A stretch of DNA of 61,321 nucleotides from a bacterium (lineage in GTDB: Bacteria; Patescibacteriota; Minisyncoccia; Phycocordibacterales; UBA12445), in NCBI GenBank assembly GCA_030648005.1, contig JAUSIP010000004.1, forward strand, positions 1 through 61,321, written 5' to 3'. The position numbers were made by a program, and so were the translations under genes. Below the pieces are notes generated by a model. It searched no databases. It was not told where the DNA came from and worked only from the letters and a program-made list of their open reading frames with translations. Positions 53,548 to 61,321 of this stretch are shown here, one piece after another; position 1 is the stretch's first letter, and each line of letters starts with the position of its first letter.

Positions 53548-55389
53548 ATGATAAACAACATCACCGCCCCCATTAAACCGCATGCTCCAGCTCGAACTCA
53601 CGCGCCCGTGGTTCCGGCTCGAACTACACACCACAAATCTACCCCCCCACCTTTTAAAAGAAGCTTCAGCGAAGCCCCGATAGCTGTACCACAGTTCATA
53701 CCGACAAGTCCAGCACAAGACAGTATTAGGATCATACCCCTCGGAGGCGTAGAAGAGGTCGGCAAGAATATGACACTTGTTGAATTCAGAGACGAGATTG
53801 TCATCATCGACGCAGGATTCCAGTTTCCTGGCGAAGAGGCCCCGGGCGTAGACTATATAATCCCTGATACGACATATCTACAGAAGAAGAAGCATATGAT
53901 CAAAGGTATCTTCATCACACATGGACATTTGGACCACACCGGCGGAATACCTTACGTAATGGATAAACTTGGCAACCCGCCGATCTATGCTCCGCTCTTA
54001 GCCTCGGTAATGATCAAGAAGCGACAGGATGAATTTCCTCATCTGGCTCCGCTTAAGCTCCATGTGGTAGAGAAGGATTCGAAATTAAACGTGGGAAAAC
54101 ATCTGTCCGTCAGATTCTTCAACGTCACCCACACAATACCAGACGCTATGGGTGTAATGGTTGAGACACCTTATGGTAATCTAATATTCACCGGCGATTT
54201 GAAGATTGACCATGACAACGGAGTGCCACTAGAGCACGAGATGAAAACATTCGAAGAGGTCGGGAAGAGCAATAATCTTTTTCTGGCCGGCGATTCTACC
54301 AACGTTGAGCGTGCGGGCTGGTCCTTCTCCGAACGCGCTGTGCATGAGAATTTAAAGAAGATCATCACCGAGACTAAAGGCCGGCTCATAATGGGTACTT
54401 TCGCTTCACTACTCGAGCGAGTCATCTTTGTCATAAATACGGCTGAGGAGATAGGCAAGAAAGTTCTTCTCCGCGGACGAAGCATGAAGAACAATGTTGC
54501 GATCGCCATAGAAGTAGGCATGCTTAAAGTTAAACCAACTACTCTCATAACACCCGAGGAAGCTGAGAGCTTACCACCAGGCAAAGTTATAATCCTAGCT
54601 ACAGGCGCTCAAGGCGAGGAGTTAGCGGCACTGATGCGTATGGCCACCAAGAAAGATAAGCATCTTAAGATGACCAAGTCCGACACCGTGCTTTTGTCTT
54701 CATCGATCATTCCCGGCAACGAAAGGTCCGTGCAGAAGCTAAAAGACAACATTGCCAGACAGGGAGCCAAGATCATTCACTACCGAATAGCCGACGTCCA
54801 CTCTTCCGGACATGCTAACCACGACGAGATGCTCTGGATCCACAAGATGATTAAGGCGAAATTCTTCATGCCACTGCACGGATATCATTACATGCATCGT
54901 CTTCATGCTGAGATAGCCAAAGAGGCCGGTCTGACAGATGAAAATATAGTTATCCCGGATAACGGAATGATCATAGACATCATCGAAGGCGGCAAGAAGA
55001 TCGTAGTACAGAAGGATATGGCACCGGCCGGAGTTGTGATGGTTGATGGACTGGGAACAGGCGATGTTAAGGATGTCGTCATCAGAGACAGGCAGCTTCT
55101 GGCTGAAGACGGCATGTTCGTGATTATTGGAACGATCGACATCAAGACAGGCAAGCTCCGACAATCTCCTGATATAATTTCGCGTGGATTCATCTATCTG
55201 AAAGAATCACAAGACTTACTCCGCCAGACAAGGTTCCTGATCAAGAAGACAATTGAAGACACAACAGCTGAGATGCACCCGGTCAACTTCGACTATGTAA
55301 AGAACCACCTGCGCGACAAGATCGGCAAATTCCTCTTCCAGAAGACCAAGAAGCGCCCGATGATACTGCCGGTACTTATAGAGGTGTAA
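53548..55389 (+). CDS. rnj: ribonuclease J (metallo-beta-lactamase/beta-CASP) with ~55-aa low-complexity N-terminal extension
   Basis: IIPLGGVEEVGKNM, the THGHLDHTGG zinc motif, HSSGHA, and an RNase J C-terminal domain. Confidence 0.85.
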   Translation: MINNITAPIKPHAPARTHAPVVPARTTHHKSTPPPFKRSFSEAPIAVPQFIPTSPAQDSIRIIPLGGVEEVGKNMTLVEFRDEIVIIDAGFQFPGEEAPGVDYIIPDTTYLQKKKHMIKGIFITHGHLDHTGGIPYVMDKLGNPPIYAPLLASVMIKKRQDEFPHLAPLKLHVVEKDSKLNVGKHLSVRFFNVTHTIPDAMGVMVETPYGNLIFTGDLKIDHDNGVPLEHEMKTFEEVGKSNNLFLAGDSTNVERAGWSFSERAVHENLKKIITETKGRLIMGTFASLLERVIFVINTAEEIGKKVLLRGRSMKNNVAIAIEVGMLKVKPTTLITPEEAESLPPGKVIILATGAQGEELAALMRMATKKDKHLKMTKSDTVLLSSSIIPGNERSVQKLKDNIARQGAKIIHYRIADVHSSGHANHDEMLWIHKMIKAKFFMPLHGYHYMHRLHAEIAKEAGLTDENIVIPDNGMIIDIIEGGKKIVVQKDMAPAGVVMVDGLGTGDVKDVVIRDRQLLAEDGMFVIIGTIDIKTGKLRQSPDIISRGFIYLKESQDLLRQTRFLIKKTIEDTTAEMHPVNFDYVKNHLRDKIGKFLFQKTKKRPMILPVLIEV

Positions 55390-55419
55390 AGGTCTGAAGT
55401 TTCGTGCTAAAATATAAAC

Positions 55420-56646
55420 ATGATTTCCTTATATCTTGTATCTTTTTTAATATCGATACATTATGCCCTGGTTGCATACATAAACTCCTCTTATCTGAGT
55501 AATTTTCTTCCAAATGGGAAGATCGGTCTCTTATATACTCTAGCAGCAGCACTTACCATCTTAACCATACCATATCTACCAAAAATCCTGAAGAAAGTAG
55601 GGCAATTTAAAGTAGCCCTCTTTCTATTGGTCACAGATCTGGCCTCAATTCTGACACTCGCCTTAGTATCCTCTCCGATTTTTGCAAAAACAACCACCTT
55701 CCCCTTGAGCGACGGTCCCGCACTTATAAACAACATCAACTCACTCACCCCATGGATACCAGTGATAGCGCTTTCATTTTTTTTAATATTCCAGATGTCT
55801 CTTGTGTTGAACTATATTCTCCTAGACATCTATATGGAGAAGTTCTCCAAAAATAGCGAGACTGGCAAAAATAGAGGATGGTTTCTGACGGCAATCAATT
55901 TAGCCTTCGTATTATCACCTTTCATTGTCGGCAGGGTCATAACGGACACAGACGATGGATTTTGGAAAATTTATCTGCTTTCCGGATCATTCATGTTGTT
56001 GTCCCTTGTGGTATTTATCGGGAAATTAAGATCTGTTAAAGACGTAGAGCACCATACTTCGCCTTTCCTACAAACTGCAAAAAAGGTTTTTAGCGATAAG
56101 AATATACTCAATATCTATAGTTGTAATTTACTGCTGGCATTCTTCTATTCATGGATGGTGATCTACACTCCGATCTATCTCCACAGTACGATCGGTTTCG
56201 ACTGGGATCAGATCGGGATAATCTTCGGGATAATGCTCCTGCCGTTCGTTCTCTTCCAACTTCCTCTTGGTAAGATCGCAGACAAATATATTGGAGAGAA
56301 AGAGATCCTTACTACCGGTTTTGTCATACTAGCAATATCAACCGGTCTTCTAACATTTATAACCAGCAAGAGCATTATCGTCTGGTCTATCGCGCTTTTT
56401 ATGACTAGAGTCGGTGCCAGTGCTATAGAGATCATGAACGATACATATTTCTTTAAGAAGGTTAGGGCTACCGATACAGATATCATAGGCTTCTTCCGTA
56501 ATGCCGGCCCGATCGCCTACGTTATCAGTCCGATACTGGCCAGTGGGCTGCTTTATTTTATCGATTACAGATATCTATTCTTGATACTCGGCATTATTAT
56601 GCTCTTAGGTATTAAGTTCAGCCTCTCCATAAAAGATACATTATAG
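55420..56646 (+). CDS. MFS transporter
   Basis: About 12 TM segments in a 6+6 arrangement with a central loop, and a PLGKIADKYIGEKE-type MFS loop. Confidence 0.7.
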   Translation: MISLYLVSFLISIHYALVAYINSSYLSNFLPNGKIGLLYTLAAALTILTIPYLPKILKKVGQFKVALFLLVTDLASILTLALVSSPIFAKTTTFPLSDGPALINNINSLTPWIPVIALSFFLIFQMSLVLNYILLDIYMEKFSKNSETGKNRGWFLTAINLAFVLSPFIVGRVITDTDDGFWKIYLLSGSFMLLSLVVFIGKLRSVKDVEHHTSPFLQTAKKVFSDKNILNIYSCNLLLAFFYSWMVIYTPIYLHSTIGFDWDQIGIIFGIMLLPFVLFQLPLGKIADKYIGEKEILTTGFVILAISTGLLTFITSKSIIVWSIALFMTRVGASAIEIMNDTYFFKKVRATDTDIIGFFRNAGPIAYVISPILASGLLYFIDYRYLFLILGIIMLLGIKFSLSIKDTL

Positions 56647-56701
56647 CTGGGGTCTAATCCCACTACGCCAAGGCTACGCGGGATAATTTTTCTATTCGAA
56701 A

Positions 56702-56728
56702 AATTAAAAAATCCCCCAGGATGGGGGA
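56702..56728 (-). terminator. Rho-independent terminator after the ABC/small-ORF pair
   Basis: TCCCCCA-loop-TGGGGGA (56712-56728), followed on the minus strand by TTTTTTAATTT. Confidence 0.7.
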
Positions 56729-56744
56729 AAATTTACTCATTTAA

Positions 56745-56906
56745 TTACGGCACCGGTACCCACAGAGGAACGGGCTGTTCCGGCCAGAAAAGAATTAGGA
56801 AGACAAACCACAGAATCAGAAACATTGCGAGAAGTGCCACTGTGAGACCGGGCGAAGCCGGTGATGGTGTTACAGGCTTCAGCTCTTCGCTCTTGATCTT
56901 TTCCAT
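56745..56906 (-). CDS. small (53-aa) Pro-rich single-TM protein, not in the supplied ORF track
   Basis: Hand-translated as MEKIKSEELKPVTPSPASPGLTVALLAMFLILWFVFLILFWPEQPVPLWVPVP. AGGTGG lies 8 nt upstream. It starts 39 nt after the ABC gene stop, and a terminator follows. Confidence 0.45.
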   Translation of the reverse strand: MEKIKSEELKPVTPSPASPGLTVALLAMFLILWFVFLILFWPEQPVPLWVPVP

Positions 56907-56945
56907 AAGAAGATCCACCTTTCAGGCTGTAAATACTTCGTACTT

Positions 56946-58730
56946 CTAAGGTCTCTCTATGTCCATCTTCGCCGCTTCCCAGAGAGAGGCGAACTTCGTA
57001 CAGGTGGCGATTAGCTCAGGAAGTGTGCCTGAAGCGATAACTCTACCCTTATCGAACATTACGATCTTATCGAAGAGGGGCAGGAGGTGCAGACGATGAA
57101 TAGATGAGATGATCGTTTTGTCAGGAAACCCACGGAAAATGTTGGTGTAAACCTGCATCTCCGTTGCAGTATCAAGACTGCTGGTTGGCTCATCAAGTAG
57201 AAGAATATCCTTATCGTGAGAGGCAAGCAGTACACGGGCTAGAGCCAAACGCTGTATCTGACCACCGCTTAGGTTGACACCCTTCTCGTTGATGACTGAA
57301 TCCAGACCCTTGGGCAGCTTCGCAACAACATCAGTAAAGCAAGCCATGTCGATGAATCTTTGCAGAAATTCCAGCTTGTACTCTACGCCAAAATCAATAT
57401 TCCAGCGAACCTTCTTAGCGAAGATCTCGGGATTCTGCGGACCAAGAGCAATAGAACGGCTAATGCCATCAAAACCGGTTTCTATACTCCTTCCGTCGAC
57501 CGAAAGGATGAGGCTTTGGGGAACATACAATCCCCGCTTAAGCTTAAGGAACGTCGTCTTTCCACTTCCTGTCTCGCCGACACATGCAATGTGCTGACCA
57601 TGGAAGATCTCCATAGAAACATCTTCCAGGCTAAGCTTCTCACCTTCTTGTTCATAAGAGAAGTTAAGCTTACTAATATTCAGGCGCTTCCAATTCTTCG
57701 GCAACACATGATTGCTGAAGCTCTCGTCTCTAAAATCTCTAGAAAGAATTTCGGAGTTATTGACGCGCGCCTTTTGCTTCAGAATATCTCCGTACATTCC
57801 GGCGAAAGTGAAGAAAGTTTCGCCGATATTCTCCAGATACTGGATCAAGAGATACACTTGTCCAAGCTGCAGCGCAATATTATCGCTCCTGCATTTATGG
57901 AAGTACAGCCAAAGCACCGCGCTCTGCATGGTACGACAACAAACTGCAGTCAGAAACCACTTCAGCTCTTCCAAACATGTAGTGTTCGTGAAGAGTTTCA
58001 ACGGCTCCTTAACTGACTTCATGATAGTGTCGAAGATAATCTTTTCCACACGAAGAATGATGACCGTGGTAATGTTGCTAATAGAATCGAAGACGGTCTC
58101 TGATATCTGATTTTCCGCCTTGCTAAGCGCTCTGTATCTCGGATAGAGAATACTGTCGAACTTCATAATGATACAGGCAGTAATTGTGAACATTATAGCC
58201 ACAACAAAGCTACTATGAAGGTCAAGATATGCAACCATCACTCCACTACCTACCAACAAAAGAATGTTGTAGATAAGATGGAATGAATTTCTAGAGAAAT
58301 CGTAAATCGAATTTGCACCCTTCTCGATCTTGTCGATAGTATCACCAGAATGGTGCTCATTATGCCAACCGATCGGCATAATCATAACTCCACCGATAAG
58401 ATATCCGCGATAATTAGTCCGAGCTTTAAATGCGTTGATATTCTCAATACATCGTGCGGGTCCATGAAAGATCCAGAAACCTAGCTCCCACAACACGAGC
58501 AGAACGAGATTCCAATCGAGTTTAGCCAAACCAACATCACTAACGCCGTAAACCTGCAGGGTATCTATGATACGAGCCCGCAAGAAAGGCTTGACGAAGA
58601 TCGCGAGTGATATCGCCACGATGAACATGCACCAATAGAGCACGACCATATGTCGGTTACCTGTGGAGTAGCGCCAGAGGTTTCTGAACAGAAACTTAAG
58701 AGAATTTTGTTTCTCTCCAGGTTGCTCCAT
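56946..58730 (-). CDS. ABC exporter, fused permease/ATPase
   Basis: Walker A is GETGSGKTT, the signature is LSGGQIQRLALAR and Walker B is ILLLDEPTSSLD. GGAGG lies 9 nt before ATG 58730. Confidence 0.85.
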   Translation of the reverse strand: MEQPGEKQNSLKFLFRNLWRYSTGNRHMVVLYWCMFIVAISLAIFVKPFLRARIIDTLQVYGVSDVGLAKLDWNLVLLVLWELGFWIFHGPARCIENINAFKARTNYRGYLIGGVMIMPIGWHNEHHSGDTIDKIEKGANSIYDFSRNSFHLIYNILLLVGSGVMVAYLDLHSSFVVAIMFTITACIIMKFDSILYPRYRALSKAENQISETVFDSISNITTVIILRVEKIIFDTIMKSVKEPLKLFTNTTCLEELKWFLTAVCCRTMQSAVLWLYFHKCRSDNIALQLGQVYLLIQYLENIGETFFTFAGMYGDILKQKARVNNSEILSRDFRDESFSNHVLPKNWKRLNISKLNFSYEQEGEKLSLEDVSMEIFHGQHIACVGETGSGKTTFLKLKRGLYVPQSLILSVDGRSIETGFDGISRSIALGPQNPEIFAKKVRWNIDFGVEYKLEFLQRFIDMACFTDVVAKLPKGLDSVINEKGVNLSGGQIQRLALARVLLASHDKDILLLDEPTSSLDTATEMQVYTNIFRGFPDKTIISSIHRLHLLPLFDKIVMFDKGRVIASGTLPELIATCTKFASLWEAAKMDIERP

Positions 58731-59021
58731 CACCAAAGACCTCCTTCGTTATTACTGTGAGTACAGTGTTAAATTATCAAAGAGCCTGCTTGTCCCGCTG
58801 AGCGGGAAAGAACAAAAAATCCTGCTTTTTGAGCAAGATATGAAGCTAATCTAGTGTTTTTATTCACGCTAAATTAGCATCATATGCCGCCCAAATATTT
58901 AATTCTATTGTTGAATAATCTGAACATATATTTTATTGTTACCTATATTATATCACAACCAGTTTTAAAGTCAAACCCGACCCGCATGAAGATGTTCGAA
59001 GACCGACTTCGAACATCTTTA

Positions 59022-61321
59022 CTAATCCATCATATGCCTAAGCTTACAATATTCACATTCTTCCTCGTCGCAATTTTTGTCCCAAAATGAGAGGTTTAGG
59101 ATCTCTTCTGCGCTCTTTTTAACTATGTTTTCCAGCTCCGTTACCTCTTCTGGCGTAACCACAAACTCTTCTCTCTTATACTTACCCTTCGCATCCGGCT
59201 CTACAAAGTCGATGACTCCCGACTTCATATTATAAGCTCCATCATTGTATCTGTTGAGCAGTATGTTGTAGAAAACTAGCTGGCGCTTATAGTCGCCATT
59301 CGCATCCTTAGTTTTGCCCTCCATCTCATTCTTAGTTTTATGTTTGCCTGTTTTATAATCCACTACTGACACTCCGCCATCTTGCAAGAATTCTATCTTA
59401 TCGAGCTTGCCCGTCAGACGCAGATCGAAGCCGTCGACGTCGAAGATTGCGTCGACTCCAAATTCGTTCTTAACATTCTTCTCAAATGTCCCCTTATAAA
59501 AATCTAAGTATCCAACGAGTGCCTCACCTCCCTCCTTAATCAGCGGCTGCATCTCTTTATCTGTCAGCGGTTGTTTAGAAAGTTCGTACTTAAATCTCTT
59601 AAGTAATTCTTCTTTCGACATCACTTCATCTTTGGCCAGAGCGTCGAAAAAAATATTTAATGCGGCGTGGATAGCAGTACCAAACATCATCGGTGCGTTC
59701 TGCGCCTCAGGCACACGAAGCATTGTTCTGTAGAAATATTTCCAAGGACACGCAAGGTAGTTGTTTAAACCAGATACAGCGAGTCCGCGATCGGCAAGTG
59801 TCTCCCGTACAAAATTCTTAAGATCATCTATCGATAACTTAGGAATATTTCTCGGACTTAAAGCTTCGGCACGAAGAGCTATGTCAGCATTATCTTTAAA
59901 AATCTGCTTTGTGATTAGTTCTGCAGGCAGAGCATCTATAAATCTGCTCGGCATCACCTCCTTACCACCCTCCTTCCTCTTAGCATAACTTATCGTGAGC
60001 TCCTTCTTGGCCCTTGTTAGTGCTACATAGAAGAGCCGTCTGTCGTCCGCCTCTTCATCTTCCTTTGTTACAGACACCAGTCCTGGGATTTTAAAATCCG
60101 TCTTACTTCTGCCACCGCTCCAGTTGCCTTCAACAACGCCGGGGATAAAAACATGTTCGAATTCCAACCCCTTAGATTTGTGCGCTGTCATCATCTGTAC
60201 TCGGCCCAAAGTCTGACCGGAGAGATTAGTCTCAAGAACATCATACTCATCTAGTATCACGAGTAATTCAGATAGATCTTGTATACGGGCGCCACGTTTC
60301 GTCTTAATAAAATCGTTGAGATAAGAAATGAGGAGCGCTACCATAGCCAGCTTATCTTCGGCATCCGGCTTGCCTATAATCTCCGCCATAAGACCCGACT
60401 CTTTAGCCATACCGGACACCAGCTCAGCTGGAGATATATTAGCGCCACGCTTAGCCCAATCGAGTATAAGATCACGCACCCTGATAACTTCTTTCAAATT
60501 TTCCAGATTAAGAGCCTCGACTTCAGTGCTACGTAAAATATTCCAAACAGAATCTCTCTTTTTTGCAGCTGCAGCCGCTAAGGCATATATATCTAATTCA
60601 GAAACATTAAAACAAGAAAGATGAAGTGCCCTGATAAACCATTGGTCATTTCCAACCGAAGCTGCTGCGCGAATAAGAATTAGAAGTTTCTCTATATCTA
60701 TATCATCAAGTGCATCCTTACTAGTCTTAACAGACACAGGCACACCGGCACTCTGCAGAATACTGCTATATAGGCTGAGTTCAGAGTTGGTGCGAGTGAA
60801 GACGGCAATCTCTTCCGGCTTCACCTTCTTAGCTAAAAGATCTTTAATCTGTGATACAAGTTCTCTGGCTTCTTGTGCGACTGTATCGTATTCATTTATA
60901 GATATCAGATTCTCTGTGTGATTTGCCAAAGCTACGAGCCGTTTACTATCGTCGGCAATAAGCTTGTGTGCAAGGTCGAGCACTGACTGTGTGGAACGGT
61001 AATTTTCTTCTAATGCTACTAACTTAGATGTTGGAAACTTTTTCTGGAAATATTTGAAGTTCTCTAGTGATGCACCCTGGAATCTATATATCGCCTGCTT
61101 GTCATCGCCAACAATAAAGAGGTTAGGAGAATCATGGAAAGAAGATAGAAGTTCGAGTACAGTATTCTGCGCGCCGTTGGCATCCCGATGCTCATCAGCC
61201 AAAATGTATTGATACTCTTCCTGAAGAATAAGCTGTAGGTCTTCGTCTGACTGTAACTTCTGCACTACGGATAAAATCATATCGTCGAAGTCGTACAGCT
61301 CCGCACTAGCCAATGCCGATT
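59022..61321 (-). CDS. UvrD/PcrA-type helicase fused to a C-terminal RecB/Cas4-like nuclease with Cys cluster; N-terminus lies beyond the right edge
   Basis: Helicase motifs are ILADEHRDAN, MTAHKSKGLEFEHVFI and YVALTRAKKEL. Nuclease motifs are GKLDKIE and VVDYKTGK. Cys ligands are ACPW...CDEEECEYC. The frame is open to the window end. Confidence 0.8.
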   Translation of the reverse strand, partial: SALASAELYDFDDMILSVVQKLQSDEDLQLILQEEYQYILADEHRDANGAQNTVLELLSSFHDSPNLFIVGDDKQAIYRFQGASLENFKYFQKKFPTSKLVALEENYRSTQSVLDLAHKLIADDSKRLVALANHTENLISINEYDTVAQEARELVSQIKDLLAKKVKPEEIAVFTRTNSELSLYSSILQSAGVPVSVKTSKDALDDIDIEKLLILIRAAASVGNDQWFIRALHLSCFNVSELDIYALAAAAAKKRDSVWNILRSTEVEALNLENLKEVIRVRDLILDWAKRGANISPAELVSGMAKESGLMAEIIGKPDAEDKLAMVALLISYLNDFIKTKRGARIQDLSELLVILDEYDVLETNLSGQTLGRVQMMTAHKSKGLEFEHVFIPGVVEGNWSGGRSKTDFKIPGLVSVTKEDEEADDRRLFYVALTRAKKELTISYAKRKEGGKEVMPSRFIDALPAELITKQIFKDNADIALRAEALSPRNIPKLSIDDLKNFVRETLADRGLAVSGLNNYLACPWKYFYRTMLRVPEAQNAPMMFGTAIHAALNIFFDALAKDEVMSKEELLKRFKYELSKQPLTDKEMQPLIKEGGEALVGYLDFYKGTFEKNVKNEFGVDAIFDVDGFDLRLTGKLDKIEFLQDGGVSVVDYKTGKHKTKNEMEGKTKDANGDYKRQLVFYNILLNRYNDGAYNMKSGVIDFVEPDAKGKYKREEFVVTPEEVTELENIVKKSAEEILNLSFWDKNCDEEECEYCKLRHMMD

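Noticed and set aside
56647-56680. tRNA-like 3' fragment (GGGGTCTAATCCCACTACGCCA) after the MFS gene, a possible integration att site
   Set aside because: The T-loop does not match TTCRA, the stem pairs poorly, there is no upstream cloverleaf (that sequence is coding), and no integrase is nearby.
57360-58016. 218-aa and 132-aa plus-strand ORFs antisense to the ABC exporter; also 9747-10295 antisense to the radical SAM gene and 49554-49898 antisense to groES
   Set aside because: Each is fully nested in a strongly supported CDS on the other strand, and no motifs or translation signals are present.
58884-59090. 68-aa plus-strand ORF in the AT-rich spacer overlapping the helicase 3' end
   Set aside because: Hydrophobic, low-complexity translation typical of AT-rich noncoding DNA. 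There is no SD, and it overlaps the helicase CDS and its hairpin.

Overview
61.3-kb bacterial fragment that uses the standard genetic code (TGA is a stop inside several ATGA start/stop overlaps). Gene content suggests a Patescibacteria/CPR (Parcubacteria-like) genome: LTD/PKD secreted protein, O-antigen-ligase-TPR fusion, Cas2-like wHTH regulator, and very large surface-glycan loci next to minimal housekeeping genes. This placement is inference only, since no search was possible.

Layout:
1. 1-2.8 kb: an AT-rich defence-like string on the minus strand. It holds a DEDDh exonuclease, a zeta-toxin-like kinase, two small ORFs and a Type IIG restriction-modification enzyme that runs off the left edge.
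2. 2.8-4.5 kb: an unusually noncoding-rich stretch with several GC-rich, strongly structured elements around a membrane-protein gene, a cold-shock gene and a MOSC gene.
3. 5-9.3 kb: UDG, a secreted LTD/PKD protein and an O-antigen-ligase-like/TPR protein.
4. 9.3-47.7 kb: a ~38-kb, almost entirely minus-strand, translationally coupled cell-surface glycan cluster. It contains a pseudaminic/legionaminic-type nonulosonic acid pathway, three DegT aminotransferases, a carbamoyltransferase, FemAB/GNAT-like proteins, methyltransferases, many GT2/GT4/GT11/GT39 enzymes, GDP-mannose 3,5-epimerase, GtrA, an ABC exporter, a B12-radical SAM enzyme and Acs.
5. 47.7-49.9 kb: groES-groEL with an abnormally long spacer.
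6. 50-61 kb: Cas2-like wHTH regulator, two small divergent genes, secG, a family-5 SBP, RNase J, an MFS transporter, an ABC exporter plus a small membrane ORF, and a UvrD-type helicase-nuclease that runs off the right edge.

No rRNA, tRNA, CRISPR array, transposase or integrase was seen.

Most interesting signals:
- A three-copy family of AT-clamped hairpin elements with a conserved GUCUGG-YY-GA[helix]GA...CCGAGGAC core and compensatory helix changes. The copies lie upstream of csp, groEL and the SBP gene.
- A ~190-nt multi-helix RNA-like element with a mutually exclusive alternative helix.
- A 42-nt promoter/operator-like repeat shared by the regulator gene and the groESL upstream region, with no CIRCE element.
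- A decapitated zeta-toxin gene beside a Type IIG RM gene.
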